Counted from the stretch's first letter, positions 26,237-38,990 are shown. The stretch is DNA of 64,000 nt from Raja brachyura (GCA_963514005.1 OY740797.1:24738001-24802000), one strand, 5' to 3'. The notes: generated by a model from the sequence alone, not told the origin. A program made the numbers and translations.

Positions 26237-26518
26237 CGATTCCAGGAAATCTGTGAGTTTCATTGGTCGGAAACAGGAGGGTGACGTGAGACACGTGGCA
26301 ACTATAAACAGATCGGCTATCCACTGCATGCAGGAAGCTGGAAGCAAGGTATAATCCCTCGTTGGTCCGTATTTTAGTGGTATTTAATCCAGAAGTGATT
26401 TCGTGGTCGTCTTTATACCAGGTAAGTTCACAGTCCTCTGGGAAAAACGGAGCAGTTGTACAGTTTAGGGCCAGGGAAGGATTGTTCATCTGTGTAATCT
26501 TCAAAGGCGTCGGTGACA
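26237..26518 (-). CDS. Exon 3: C1-set Ig domain
   Basis: Acceptor ttggttgcag|, donor ATCG|gtatga, 282 nt, phase 1-1. C1 motifs LNCTTAPFFPE, LTWYK, NEGLYLASS.L, YSCHVSHVTL. Confidence 0.93.
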
Positions 26519-28899
26519 CTGCAACCAATTTAAGACAAAGGAGTTAGTACCCCTATATGTTTATTTAGAAGACAATATAATCGCTTTCGAAATGGATAAT
26601 ACCATACATTCTTGGAAGTTCCTTTAATAGTAAAGTATTTTAACCATGTTGTTGGAAATATATAGTACAGTAAACCGCCGTTATAATGTAGTTGGACATG
26701 ACCACTATATCTGAGCGCTATGTACACCTCTCACTGTCCGCAATGCCTTCATTCTGTCCATGCGACGAATGCAGAAACTATCGGCATGGACGGCTGAGTC
26801 TGGGGAAGAGGGGTGAGCCAAGTCTCTGTGAAATAGAGCACACAACATTCGGTCATCTCTGATAAAGCTATTTTGCCGCTGGGAATTCCTTATCATGGGC
26901 GATTCCCTTTTTTTTTAATGCTAAACAGTTTTATTTATTATCACATTTACCGAGCCACATTGAAACACTTTGTGTTGTGTGTTATTCAATCAGCGAAAAT
27001 ACTATACACGATTACAATTAAACCGTCCGCATTGTACAGATTCAGGATTACCGGATAACGTTTAGTTCAAGATAAAGTCGAGTGAAGTCCGATAAAAATA
27101 TAGTTTGAGAATCTCCAGTGAGATAGATGGTAGGACTTGATCTCTCTCTAGTTGGTGATAGGATGGCTTTGGGTACCTGCTGGGAACGCAACGTTGCTAC
27201 ACCGGACAAAGCAGAGTTCAAGGTGGTACAATCAAACGGAATATTGTGTTAATTAAATCCTAAAGGGAGTTATTTTTGTATTATATGTAAAACATGCTGC
27301 AAGAGAGAAGCAGCTTTATGTATGCGTGAAAGTCTTGTGAGGGACAACGCGCAGAATAATTTGAACGTTTGACATATGGTATAGTATCTAATGTTACCCG
27401 GAGAATAAATAAAGTTTACAGTGAAATGGCAGTTTTAGGAGCAACAATAAACAATACTGGGAATCTGTGGGAAGATCCGATCAAGTTTGAAAATGTTCTG
27501 CAGAGATGTATTGAAGGTGAACTTTTAAAAATAGGGACTTTTGGTCCCTTCTGTATGGACCAGAAATAACTTTGATAAGGTTGCACACGGTACGTTGCTC
27601 TGGAACATTAGATCCCATGTGGTCCACGGAGAGCTCGCCACTGGATAGAAAAATGGCTTCATGTAAGGAAGCAAAGGGTGATGGTGGAATGTTGTATTTT
27701 GCGGACTGAATTCCGGGGAAGGCGAGAGGGGAACACTTACCAAGAACCTAAGGGACATCAGTTTCATGCAGATGCTGGTGGGTATACGGAATGAGGTGCC
27801 AGATGAGGTCGCGGAGGGAGGTTCAATTTTTACCAGACATTTGGACGGATACATTAGGGAAAAGGTTTAGAGAAGGATAAAGGCCAATTACGGTGTGACA
27901 TCTTGGTGAGCATTGGCCAATTGGGCTGAAATTTCTATTTTCGTGCTCGAGGACTCTGTGATTCTATTCAATTATAGCGTTTATTTTTACAAATCGTGCC
28001 AACCCAATGCCAAACATATTCAGGAAAATATATAAAAGTATGACCAATAATCAATAGATCAACAATAGATCAAGAGTAATAGACAATAATACGTAGAGTT
28101 CCGAGCTAGGAATGATTTCGTATAGAAATTGGTTGATTAAGCAAATCACAATCTTTCGGATCGATTAGAAGAGGGTTATCTACCCAAGTGGACTAATGAT
28201 GGACAATTGATAAATTAATACATTACATCTCACATAAGCTATTGTAAAAAGGTGAGGATAATTATAGCTATCACGCCAATCAACGTGATTGCTTCCCTCC
28301 AATGATGTAATATCGGGGTGAAGTCAAAGCGTCCTCTTATTATCCGAACGTATAAACTCCGTACAGACCAGCATCTGTAGCTAGGAACGAACGCGGTCCT
28401 CTGGCGCTATAAGCGCTGTATGCTGCAACTCTACCACTGCGCCACCGTGCAGAGGCTCAAATATTGGATTGTTATTAGGTGGTACAGATATAATATAATA
28501 GCATTAAAATACTACTCCATATGTAGCCATTAATGACTCAACGGGTGAAGCAGAGAAATGGCTTCCCACGGAATATGTGGAAAATGACACCCAAAGGAAA
28601 CTGTAACTGTTCCCACAAACTGAACGTGCAACTAGGATCCATACAAATGAAACATTAGAATCAATTAACCGCAGCAAACATGGGATGAGTGAGAGCGAGC
28701 AGGACAGATTTTGGGGGAAGTAGCATGCGTGATGTAATGGCTGATCCAATTGTTTTTTGACATCAGCTTGCTACATCTATAAGGGAAAATAACACAGAGG
28801 ATAGAAGAAATCACTGGAAATAATCCATGATGTTCTAACAGCAGGTACACAAAAGGCCAGATTGGAACTGGCAAATGCCGTGAAGCTGTCACATTGCTC

Positions 28900-29900
28900 A
28901 CTTCATCCTCGATAACTATCGGAACAGTGGCACCTCGAGGTTGCGTGCAAACTCTATACCTATGGATGTGTACTCGGAACAGTTCCAACTCAATCTTTAA
29001 ATTTGCAGACTACACCACCGTTGCTGAACTAATTACAGGTAATGATGTGTCAAAGTAGAAATGGAAGATCCAGCATATGATCTAATGGTGCTAGAACAAC
29101 AATCTGGCTCTCAATGTCAGTAAGATTGCCGATTGTTGACTTTAGAAGAGGAAGGACCAGGATTCATCAACCTGTCTTCATCGACGGGTCGGTAGTGGAG
29201 AGCGTCAAAAACTTCAAGTTCCCTGGCATGCATATTTCTAAAGAACTGTCCAGAACTCCGCACATTCGTGCAATCATATGAAAGCCCTCCAATGCTTCTA
29301 ATTCTTCAGAAGATTGAGGAGATTCGGTATGTTGCCATTGAGTCATAGTCATAATTTCCTGCTTGACACCATATTTAATCGAAAGCGCTCTTAAACCGTT
29401 GCAGTATATGGTAGAGAGCGTATTAACCGGTTGCATCGCGGCCTGGTTCAGTAACTCGAACGCCCAGGAATGGAATTACAAAAAGCGGAGGAGACTGCCC
29501 GGTCCATCAGGTGTTCCGACCTTCCAACCACCGAAGAGATCTATAGGGGAAGCAGCCTCAAAAATGCAACCAACATCAAGCCCCACAAAACCTTGCCACA
29601 CTGTAATTACACTCCTGCCATCGAGAAGGAATACGCGTTTGAAAACCATGACCTTCATGATCAGAAAGAGCTTTTCCCCAACAACCATCAGGCTATTAGA
29701 CACTAAAAACACCAACTAAACCGAATACAAACCGTCTTTATTGTACTCGGAACTTTGGAGCATTTGTTTTTGTTTTGCACTAATTTAGTTTTCTATTGAA
29801 CTTATTTTGGTTTGTTTGTTGAGTACTGTGCTACAGACCCGCTATGCTGCTGCGACTAAGAACTTAATTGTTATTTTTCTGTACGTTGGCAATTAACTGT
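28900..29900 (+). mobile_element. Rex1/Babar LINE 3' fragment (intron 2)
   Basis: FKFADYTTV RT remnant; ESVLTGCIAAWF; SFSPTTIRLL C-terminus. Confidence 0.8.
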
Positions 29901-30568
29901 TTGGGATAGATTCCAACACTCAGATGTCTGCAGCAAAAATATGTAACTCACGTGAATCATAATAGACGAAAATGTTGAAGCAAACATTCAATCACTCACC
30001 TAGAGGGATGCTTGGGTCAATTTGAACCTCAACACCTTCAACTCTCTCTATTTCTTAAATGGTCGACCTCGCTATTTGTTTCTTCCAGTGCTTGGATATC
30101 CTCACTCAACCACATCATTTTGCACCTGTCATATACTTATTTAATCGCTAACCCTGACCATAACCTCCTTAATTCGCCCTGTATCAAGCACGCCCTCCGT
30201 ACTGTGGTGATTGTGTTCCTTTTCAGTGTTTGAGTTTTAGAGCTACAACGCGGAGACAGGCCTTTCGGCCCATCGATCCCCGCATCGAGTCCGCGCCGAC
30301 CAGCGATCCCAGCATATTAACACTATCCGACACACACTAGGGATATTTTTTACATTTACCAAGCCAATTTACAAACATACCTCGACGTCTTTGGGCTGTG
30401 GGAGGAAACAGAAGATCCCGGAGAGAACCCGCTCGGTCATGGGTAGAACGTACAAATTCCGTACAGACAACAGCCGTAGTCAGGATCGAACGCGGGTCTC
30501 CGACGCTGCAAGCGCTGCAAGGCAGCAACTTTACCGCTGCGCCACCATGCCGAGTTTTCTTAGTGGTT

Positions 30569-30687
30569 GAGTGTGTGTGTGCATGTGTGTGTGTGTGTGG
30601 GAGGGGGGGGGGGGAGGGGGGGGGGGAGGGGGGGGGGGGGGGAGGGGGGGGGGGGGAGGGGGGGGGGGAGGGGGGGGAGGGGGGGGG
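30569..30687 (+). repeat. (TG)n microsatellite followed by a G-rich (GnA) tract
   Basis: Seen directly in the sequence. Confidence 0.9.
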
Positions 30688-32733
30688 TTAATAGAATGAA
30701 ATGTTTAGCATTTACAGCATTTACTCAACATGAAATAGGACCACATCTCCAACGGCAAATGTTCGTCACCATCATGCTCCCGTCCACGTAACAAAAGCAT
30801 TATTTCTACATCGGTGGGTAATTCATTGATCTCCATCCCAAACTGATCTATGCAAGTGCTCTCACCAGAGAATTTCCGCGGATCTTTCACAAATAGTGAT
30901 CGGAAATGTGCTGGAAGCAGAGCCAATCAGGACGGTGAAAAATAAATGAAATAAAAACCTGGTGGAAAGCAATTTAAGCGTTCCAAGAAAGAACGGGTGC
31001 ATGGGACTGACAATTTCGGTTTCCAGGTGGCGAGTACATAATTGATCTCCACTGTGACGCAAACTTCTTTTCCTCGGTTATTGCAATTTAATGTGGTGAA
31101 ATGTTTAGTTTACAAGGTCTTGATTCGCCTACTCTGGGTAAAAGGCGATGCATATACTAGATTTATTCCTGTCATGATGAGATACGCCTCAATAAGATCA
31201 CCACTTACCCTCCTGCGCTGCAAGGAATAACGTCCTAGCCTGCTCAGGCTCTCCCCGTTGCTCAGACCCTCGCGTCGTGGCAACATCCTCGTAAATCTGC
31301 TCTATATCCTTTCCAGCTTAACTACATCATGCCTAGTTGCAGAGGCAGATAAAATAGGGGCATCTTAGATATTTTAAAATAGGTAAATGCAGGGAATGGA
31401 AGGATATGTCTCGCAAAGAGCGGATATTAATTTAGCTTGGCACCATATTCGGCACTGAAATTGTGGGCTGAAGGGTCTATTCCTGTTCTATGTTTAGTTG
31501 TTGAATTCTATTTTGAGCAGTTATAAGTCCGAAATTGATGGGATGCTTTAGGTATTTGTCGTGTTCGCAATACATGTCACGGTACTTAAACTGGTCAAGG
31601 TATAGTAGCGTGTCTGTGTGTATTCAGCAGTTGTTGAAGTGGGTTTGAAATGGCGCGCTGTGCGGAGGGAAGAACGTACTCAGTTGGGTGAAGCTTTCTG
31701 GCATATTTCCACCCAGAAGTCGAGTATAACGCTGACGTGTAATTATCATTCACACCGAAGCTTCTGTTCCCCTACTCGACGCTCTGCCGAGTTCCAATGA
31801 AACTCGACGTAAAATGACGGATAACGTTTTGATTAATATTCTCAATTTGCAATTTAATCATTTGAATTCTGGTACTACTTTTATCTCCCTTGTTTACATA
31901 TTTTGTGACTTGTTGCATTATTCTCAGATTTCCCTCCGTTTATAATTTAATGGGTTTTTTTGTCTTCCATCCATACTAATACGCCACCACTCACCCTACA
32001 TGTTATTCCTTGTTATACCTCTGAATGACTTTAACAATTTTTACCATGAACATTTCTTACCTCCGCTATAACGTTCTCGGCAAAAACTAATTTCTGTAGT
32101 CGCAGATGTGTTGTGACTCGTATTTTATCATTCATTTTCTTTTAAACTATGAATTCCTAAAATCACGGTAGAATAGTCGTACACAAGATTACGGTTAGAA
32201 TATATCACGCTCACTATTCATCAAATGTTTCTTCTAACAACATACGTTTTGCTAACATTTACTTGTTGGACTAGAAATAACTACATAAATGGTCAAGTAT
32301 GGTTATTCTTCAACAAAGAGCCAATTTGTGATCTCCCAAGAATGCTCCATCATCTGGATAGCACAGGTCTAGACTCGAACGCAATGTTTTTTTGACTAAA
32401 CGACTGCCGCTACAATACTCGCTAACATATGACGGTTTACCCTTTATTGACTACCATCTGCAATCTTAATCTATACTCTTTCGCAGGATGCAGTTGAGGG
32501 GCCGCCAAGAAAATTAACACTACACATAAAAATGATAACTAAATGGCATGAAATTAAAGAATGATTGTCTAAAGATCTCATGGCCCATCAATCACGAAAA
32601 AACCAATTACTTAAATCGTTAGAGCAAAACTTCTAGTACAGACTGAGAAAGGGTCCGTTTATTGCTGCTTTATATCTCTGTAGCACACCATATTTCTTTT
32701 TGTATTGTGATTCGAAACATCAAGTAGACTCAC

Positions 32734-33057
32734 CGTGTACAATAAGCCTCGTGCCATTGCTTTTGGAACGCTTTCCTTTCCCGCCTCTCACAGTGCAATA
32801 ATAGATCCCGGAGTCACGGATGCTCACGTCTAACAGATGTAATTCGGCAGATCCCTTCTGGACATTGTTCATGGTCATCCTCCTGTTTGCGGTGGGATCC
32901 AAAGTCTCTTCTTGACCGCCTCTCTTCCAGTATACATCCACCAGTGCGTTCTGACCGAAGATTGGGAAAGTACAGTATAGGGATACATTTTCACCTTTGA
33001 CTTTCGTTACCTTATCTGGAATCTGACGAACCCTGAACGAAGAGGCCCCAACAGTAA
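32734..33057 (-). CDS. Exon 2: V-set Ig domain with germline-encoded J-like G strand (VJ type), NKp30/SIRP-like
   Basis: Acceptor tttttaattctgacag|, donor CACG|gtgagt, 324 nt, phase 1-1. Canonical V residues: GENVSLYC, W (VYWKR), SAELHL, DSGIYYC, and terminal NGTRLIVH. Confidence 0.95.
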
Positions 33058-33227
33058 CTGTCAGAATTAAAAACAAACGTTAAACATGTGAAATGACAAT
33101 GAACGGATTGATAAAAATCCAAATAGCTGAAATAGCTCGACCGAAAACTAAGAGTTGTCCATCTTATACTTTTCGGGGATTGACCTTTCCCCTGTTATTT
33201 TCGTTTAATAGAGAAAAATATATTAAC

Positions 33228-33288
33228 CTGGAAATATATTAATCATGCGCAGGATCGAGAGACACAGCAGCACGGCAAACATAAACAT
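33228..33288 (-). CDS. Exon 1 (leader peptide) of VJ-C1-TM-ITIM Ig-superfamily receptor gene
   Basis: ATG at 33288 reads MFMFAVLLCLSILRMINIFP (hydrophobic signal-like), then a phase-1 donor CCAG|gttaat. A 170-nt intron separates it from the V exon, the classic leader-intron-V layout. Confidence 0.85.
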
Positions 33289-33398
33289 TCTGAGCGAAGA
33301 CGATGAAATTCAACGATGTTTGCTCTCTGACAGCGAGTCAAGCAGTGAAGCTCGTTGGCGACCGTCTTGCAGCAATACCGCGTGGCCCGAATGGTTCC

Positions 33399-33415
33399 GT
33401 TTCAGTTTGACGTCA
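33399..33415 (-). promoter_or_regulatory. Candidate proximal promoter: perfect CRE with adjacent ISRE-like motif
   Basis: TGACGTCA at 33408-33415 and GTTTCAGTTT at 33399-33408, about 110-127 nt upstream of the ATG in a locally CpG-rich stretch. Confidence 0.45.
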
Positions 33416-35274
33416 TAGCGCTGGAAAGCACAATTAATGTCACGGAGGGCACAGACGTTGCAGATATTATCTAGACAATATTTCACATTTTGTGTATCAT
33501 GGAAAGTTTTCATTAGATGCCGCTTCGCTCATGTCACAAACCCGGTTAACCTTTACAGATGCTTTAAATGATATGGCCAATGGAAAGTAGAAAATCAAAG
33601 TAACGCAAAGAGAAATACATCAATAGGATTCGTGAAAAGTGTCGAAAGGAAATGCCTCGCCAGTCAAATCTAAGCGCTTTACAAATACTGCAGCAGTTAG
33701 AATGGGAGAAGAAAACCAACGCGTAGAGCAAATAAGCATATACTGTACATTATCTCAGCCTTGGGAAAAGAAAACATAAAGTTTATGGATATGCCGTTGA
33801 ATAAAGGACGGGCGCAGAGGATGAACAAAAGATAAATACTTTCAAAACCTAAATGTTACTAAAGAGTTTAGAATTTAGAGAATATAGAAACAGTCCCGTC
33901 GGAGCATCGAATCCACGACAACAATCGATCACCCCTTGACACCAGTTCCATGTTATCCCACTTTCTCACCCACTACCAGCATGTTAAGGGCAATTTACAG
34001 CAGTCAACAAACCAGCAAGTCTTTGGGATGTAGGAAGAAATCAGAGCACACGTAGAAAATCCACGTGGTTACAAGGTGAACTTGCAAATTCCACACAGAC
34101 AGCAGCGAACGAGGTTAGGATCGAACGCGAATCTCCGGCAATGTGAGGCAGCATCTCGACCAGTTGCCACCATTGAAGAGGTTTATGCGCCCAAGCATTG
34201 ATGAATTCCAAATCAGCTGGTCATCTATATTCACACATTTGTAGAATTTTTATATATATATATTGGATATTATCCTCCGAGGTTCAATAGATTCAGTAAT
34301 TATTCCTGGGTAGTTCTGAATAGCAAATCTGAACCTTGCGTTTCGGGCAGTGAGAGAAAGAGAGGGATTGGATCGCCGCGAAACGGGAAGGTTAGATACA
34401 GTGTCATAGCAAACATGTGCTGCCTTGTAATTGTTGTAGTGCACATCGTGGTGCGTCTGCAAGTGGCTGCTACTTATTCGGGGGTTTCCGCAGACTTTCA
34501 ATCTTCTGAAGGCTTTTCAAAATCGGAGTTCGGCGAAAAGAGCACATATAATAGGGATCAGCAGAGACGTGTGAATTGTGACTTGGTTACTGATTGGAAA
34601 GCGAGAAATCGAAATAAACAGATTCTTCTCAATCTGGCAGCTCATCACCAATGGAAATGAAATTATCCCTTATCAGGTTTAATCAATGGATTCGGCGAGG
34701 CGACCAGGTTTAGCGTTGCCTCAAAAATACGTGGTGAGTAAGATGTCACTCTTCTTCTTCTTGCGTTAGGCGTGCACAGCTTAAAGTTGTAGGACAACTT
34801 GTTCTATTTGATCTTATTTGATTGTGCACGCCAGGTTGATTGCATTCGTCGAAACAGGGCGGACCACGTGAAGGTAGCAACCTCCCACCACAGTAAGATG
34901 TCACGACAGATGAAATACAATGAGGAAATGCCGTGGCAGATGGAGTACCATGAGGGGAAAATGAAATTATGCACAGACAGGTGCCGATTATGTATTTTTG
35001 GGTAAGATGTGCGGAAAAGTTGATACTCAAAGGTACCTGTATATCTTTTTGCATTATTCATTTCCACCAAACAGTGAGGTTCGACAAGCAAGTGGTAAGT
35101 TGATGTTAGATAGACCCAAAAAGCTGGAGTAACTCATCGGGACAGGCAGATTCTGGTCGAGATCCTTCTGCAGACTGGTTCGGGATAAGGGAAACGAGAG
35201 ATTTAGACGGTGATAGAGCAATGAATGAAAGTTATGCAAAAAAGTAACGATGATAAAGGAAAAGGCACTTGGAG

Positions 35275-38200
35275 TATGAGGCCCAGGGCCGTTTGCTGTT
35301 CTGGAGTCTGATAGTCTTCCAGACGTCCACATCTGCGCCAGGTGTGTCGAGGTTGGGCTCCGAAGGGACCGTATTAGGAACCTGGAGCTGCAGCTCGATG
35401 ACCTCAATCTGGTCAGGGAGAGTGAAGAGGTCATAGAGAGAAGTTACAGAGAGGTGGTCACTCCAAGACCATGGAAGGCAGACAAGTGGGTCACGATTAG
35501 GAGGGGTAAAGGGGCAGAGGCAAGGATTAGAGAGTACCCCGGTGGCTGTACATCTTGGCAATATATACTCCTGTTTGAGTACTGTTGGGGGAGACAGCCT
35601 ACCTAGGGGTAGCGACAGCGGCCGGGCCTCCGGCACAGAGACCGGCCCTGTTGCTCAGAAGGGTAGGGAAAAGAAGAGGAGGGCATTAGTAATAGGGAAC
35701 ACCACAGTTAGGGGGTCAGATAGGTGATTCTGCGGACGCAGTCAGGAGACCCGGATGGTAGTTTGCCTCCCTGGTGCCAGGGTCTGGGATGTGTCTGAAC
35801 ATGTCCAAGATATCCTGAAAGGAGAGGGAGAGAAGCCTAAGGTCGTGGCACATATAGGTACCAATGACATAGGTAGAAAAAGAGAGGGGGTCCTGAAAGG
35901 GGAATTTAGGGAGTTTTGAGGATAGTTAAGGAGAAGGACTGCAAAGGTAACACTCAGGATTACTGCCTGTGCCACGCAACAGTGAGAGTAGGAATGGAGC
36001 GAGGTGGAGGATAAATGTGTAGTTGAAGGACTGGTGGAGGGCATGGATTCAAGCTTCTGGATCATTGGGACCTCTTTTAGGGAAGGTGTGACCTGTACAA
36101 AAAGGACAGGTTGCACTTGAACCAGAGGAGGACCAATATCCTGGCGGGGAGATTTGCAAAGGCTACGGGGAAGACTTTAAACTAGAACAGTTGGGGGGAG
36201 GGACCCAAATAGAGAAAGCTAGTAGACAGTGTGTGAGGCAGGAGGCAGAGAAGAGAAGCACTCAGACCCAACATGTAGGGGAGAAAGAAGAAAAATATAA
36301 TAAACAGAGAATAAGAGGTGGTGGGTTTCTTAAATGTGTGAGCAGAGAGACAGAGGGGTGCAAAATGAGGGTAGAAGCAATTGGTAACAAGGTGAAAAGT
36401 AAAAGTGGCAGGCAGACAAATCCAGGGCAAAAATCAAAAAGGGCCACTTTTCAACACAATTGAATAAGGGGTAAAAGTGTTGTAAAACAAGCCTGAAGGC
36501 TTTATGTCTCAAAGCAAGGAGTATTCGTAATAAGGTGGATGAGTTGAACATGCAGATAGTTATTAATGAATATGATATAGTTGGGATCACGGAGACATGG
36601 CTCCAGGGTGAGCAAGGCTGGGAGCTGAACATCCAGGGATATTCCATATTCAGGAGGGATAGACAGAAAGGAAAAGGAGCTGGAGTAGCATTGCTGGTTA
36701 GAGAGGAGATTAGCGCAATAGAAAGGAAGGACATTAGCTTGGAGGATGTGGAATTGATATGGGTAGAGCTGCGAAACACTAAGGGGCTGGAAACGCTAGT
36801 GGGAGTTGTGTACAGGCCACCTAACAGTAATAGTGTAGTTGGGGATGGCATGAAACAGAAAATTAGAAATGCGAGCAACAAAGGTAAAACAGTTATAATG
36901 GGTGACTTCAATCTACATATAGATTGGGTGAATCAAATTGGCAGGGGTGCTGAGGAAGAGGATTTCTTGGAATGTATGCGGGATAGCTTTCAAAACCAAC
37001 ATGTAGAGGAACCAACGAGAGAGTAGGCTATTCTAGACTGGGTATTGAGTAATGAGGAAGAGTTAGTTAACAGTCTTGTTGTGCGTGGCCCCTTGGGCAA
37101 GAGTGACCATAATATGGTTGAGTTCTTCATTAGGATGGAGAGTGACATAATTAATTCTTAAATAAGGGTTATGAACTTAAAGAAAGGTAACTTTGAGGGT
37201 ATGAGACATGAATTGGCCAAGATGGACTGGCAATTGATTCTTAAAGGGTTGACAGCGGATAGGCAATGGAAGGCATTTAAAGACTGCATGGATGAACTCC
37301 AAAAATTGTTCATCCCAGTTTGGCAAAAGAATAAATCAGGGAACGTAGTACATCTGTGGATAACAAGGGAAAGCAGGGGTAGTATCAAAACAAAAGATGA
37401 AGCATACAAATTAGCCAGAAAAAGCAGCCTACAAGAGGACTGAGAGAAATTCAGAGTCCAGCAGAGGAGGACAAAGTGATTAATTAGGAAAGGAAAAATA
37501 GATTATGAAAGAAAACTGGCCGGGAATGTAAAAACTGACTGCAAAAGTTTTTATAGATATGTGAAGAGAAAAAGATTAGTTAAAACAAATGTAGGTCCCT
37601 TGCAGTCAGAAACAGGTGAATTGATCATGGGGAACAAGGACATGGCAGACTAATTGAATAACTACTTTGGTTCTGTCTTCACTAAGGAAGACATAAATAA
37701 TCTGCCAGAAATAGCAGGGGACCGGGAGTCAAATGAGATGGAACTGAGTGAAATCCACATTAGCCGGGAAGTGGTGTTAGATAAATTGAATGGATTAAAG
37801 GCTGATAAATCCCCAGGGCCAGAAAGGCTGCATCCCAGAATATTTAAGGCAGTAGCCCCAGAAATAGTGGATGCATTAGTGATAATTTTTCAAAACTCTT
37901 TAGAATCTGGAGTTGTTCCTGAGGATTGGAGGGTAGCTAATGTAACCCCACTTTTTAAAAAGGAAAGGAGAGAGAAAACGAGGAATTACAGACCAGATAG
38001 TCTAACATTGGTAGTGGGGAAACTGCTAGAATCGATTATTAAAGGTGGAATAGCTGCAGAATTGGAAAGTGGTGAAATCATTGGACAAAGTCAGCATTGA
38101 TTTATGAAAGGTAAATCATGTCTGACGAATCTTATAGAATTTTTCCAGGAAGTAACTACTAGTTACATCCTCGAAAAAGATAAGGGAGAACCAGTGGATA

Positions 38201-38990
38201 TGTTATATCTAAATCTATTTGCCACTAAAGTGGAAAACCGCACATTTATCCACTTTGGTGGCAAAAACAAACAGGAAAGTAGACTATTATTTGAATGGTG
38301 GCCTATTATGAAAAGGGGAGATGAAATGAGACCTGGGTGTCATGGTACACCAGTCATTGAATGTAGGCATGCAGGTGTAGCAGGCAGTGAAGAAAGCGAA
38401 TGGTATGTTAGCATTCATAGCAAAAGGATTTGAGTATAGGAGCAGGGAGGTTCTACTGCAGTTGTACAGTGTCTTGGTGAGACCACACCTGGAGTATTGC
38501 ATACAGTTTTGGTCTCCTAATCTGAGGAAAGACATTCTTGCCATAGAGGGAGTATAGAGAAGGTTCACTAGACTGATTCCTGGGATGTCAGGACTTTCAT
38601 ATGAAGAAAGACTGGATAGACTCGGCATGTACTCGCTAGAATTTAGAGGATTCAGGGGGATCTTATAGAAACTTACAAAATTCTAAGGAGTTAGACAGGC
38701 TAGATGCAGGAGGATTGCTCCCGATGTTGGGGAAGTCCAGAACAAGGGGTCACAGTTTAAGGATAAGGGGGAAGTCTTGTAGGACCGGGATGAGAAAAAC
38801 ATTTTTCACACAGAGAGTGGTGAATCTCTGGAATTCTCTGCCACAGAAGGTAGTTGAGGCCAGTTCATTGGCTATATTTAAGAGGGAATAAGATGTGGCC
38901 CTTGTGGCCACAGAGATCAGGGGGTATGGAGAGAAGGCAGGTACGGGATACTGAGTTGGATGATCAGCCATGATCATATTGAATGGCGGT
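35275..38990 (+). mobile_element. Chimeric CR1/HER1-type LINE with an internal RT deletion, inserted in a Penelope-type repeat
   Basis: ORF1 (ICARC, esterase RALVIGN...). ORF2 from ~36340 is highly similar to the 6263-10650 element. RT core is deleted near 38200-38250. Confidence 0.9.

Noticed and set aside
28504-28988. Possible second C domain (SIRP-type V-C1-C1), or an alternative terminal exon DVAS* at 28763-28776
   Set aside because: No Ig motifs seen in the frames examined. The short terminal exon rests on a splice acceptor only.
30398-30791. Gly-rich ORFs / G-quadruplex tract
   Set aside because: Translation of a low-complexity G tract whose length is unreliable.
32600-33100. Rearranging TCR/Ig V segment with flanking RSS and separate J segments
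   Set aside because: The V exon already includes the G strand and splices directly to C1. No heptamer-spacer-nonamer was found 3' of it.
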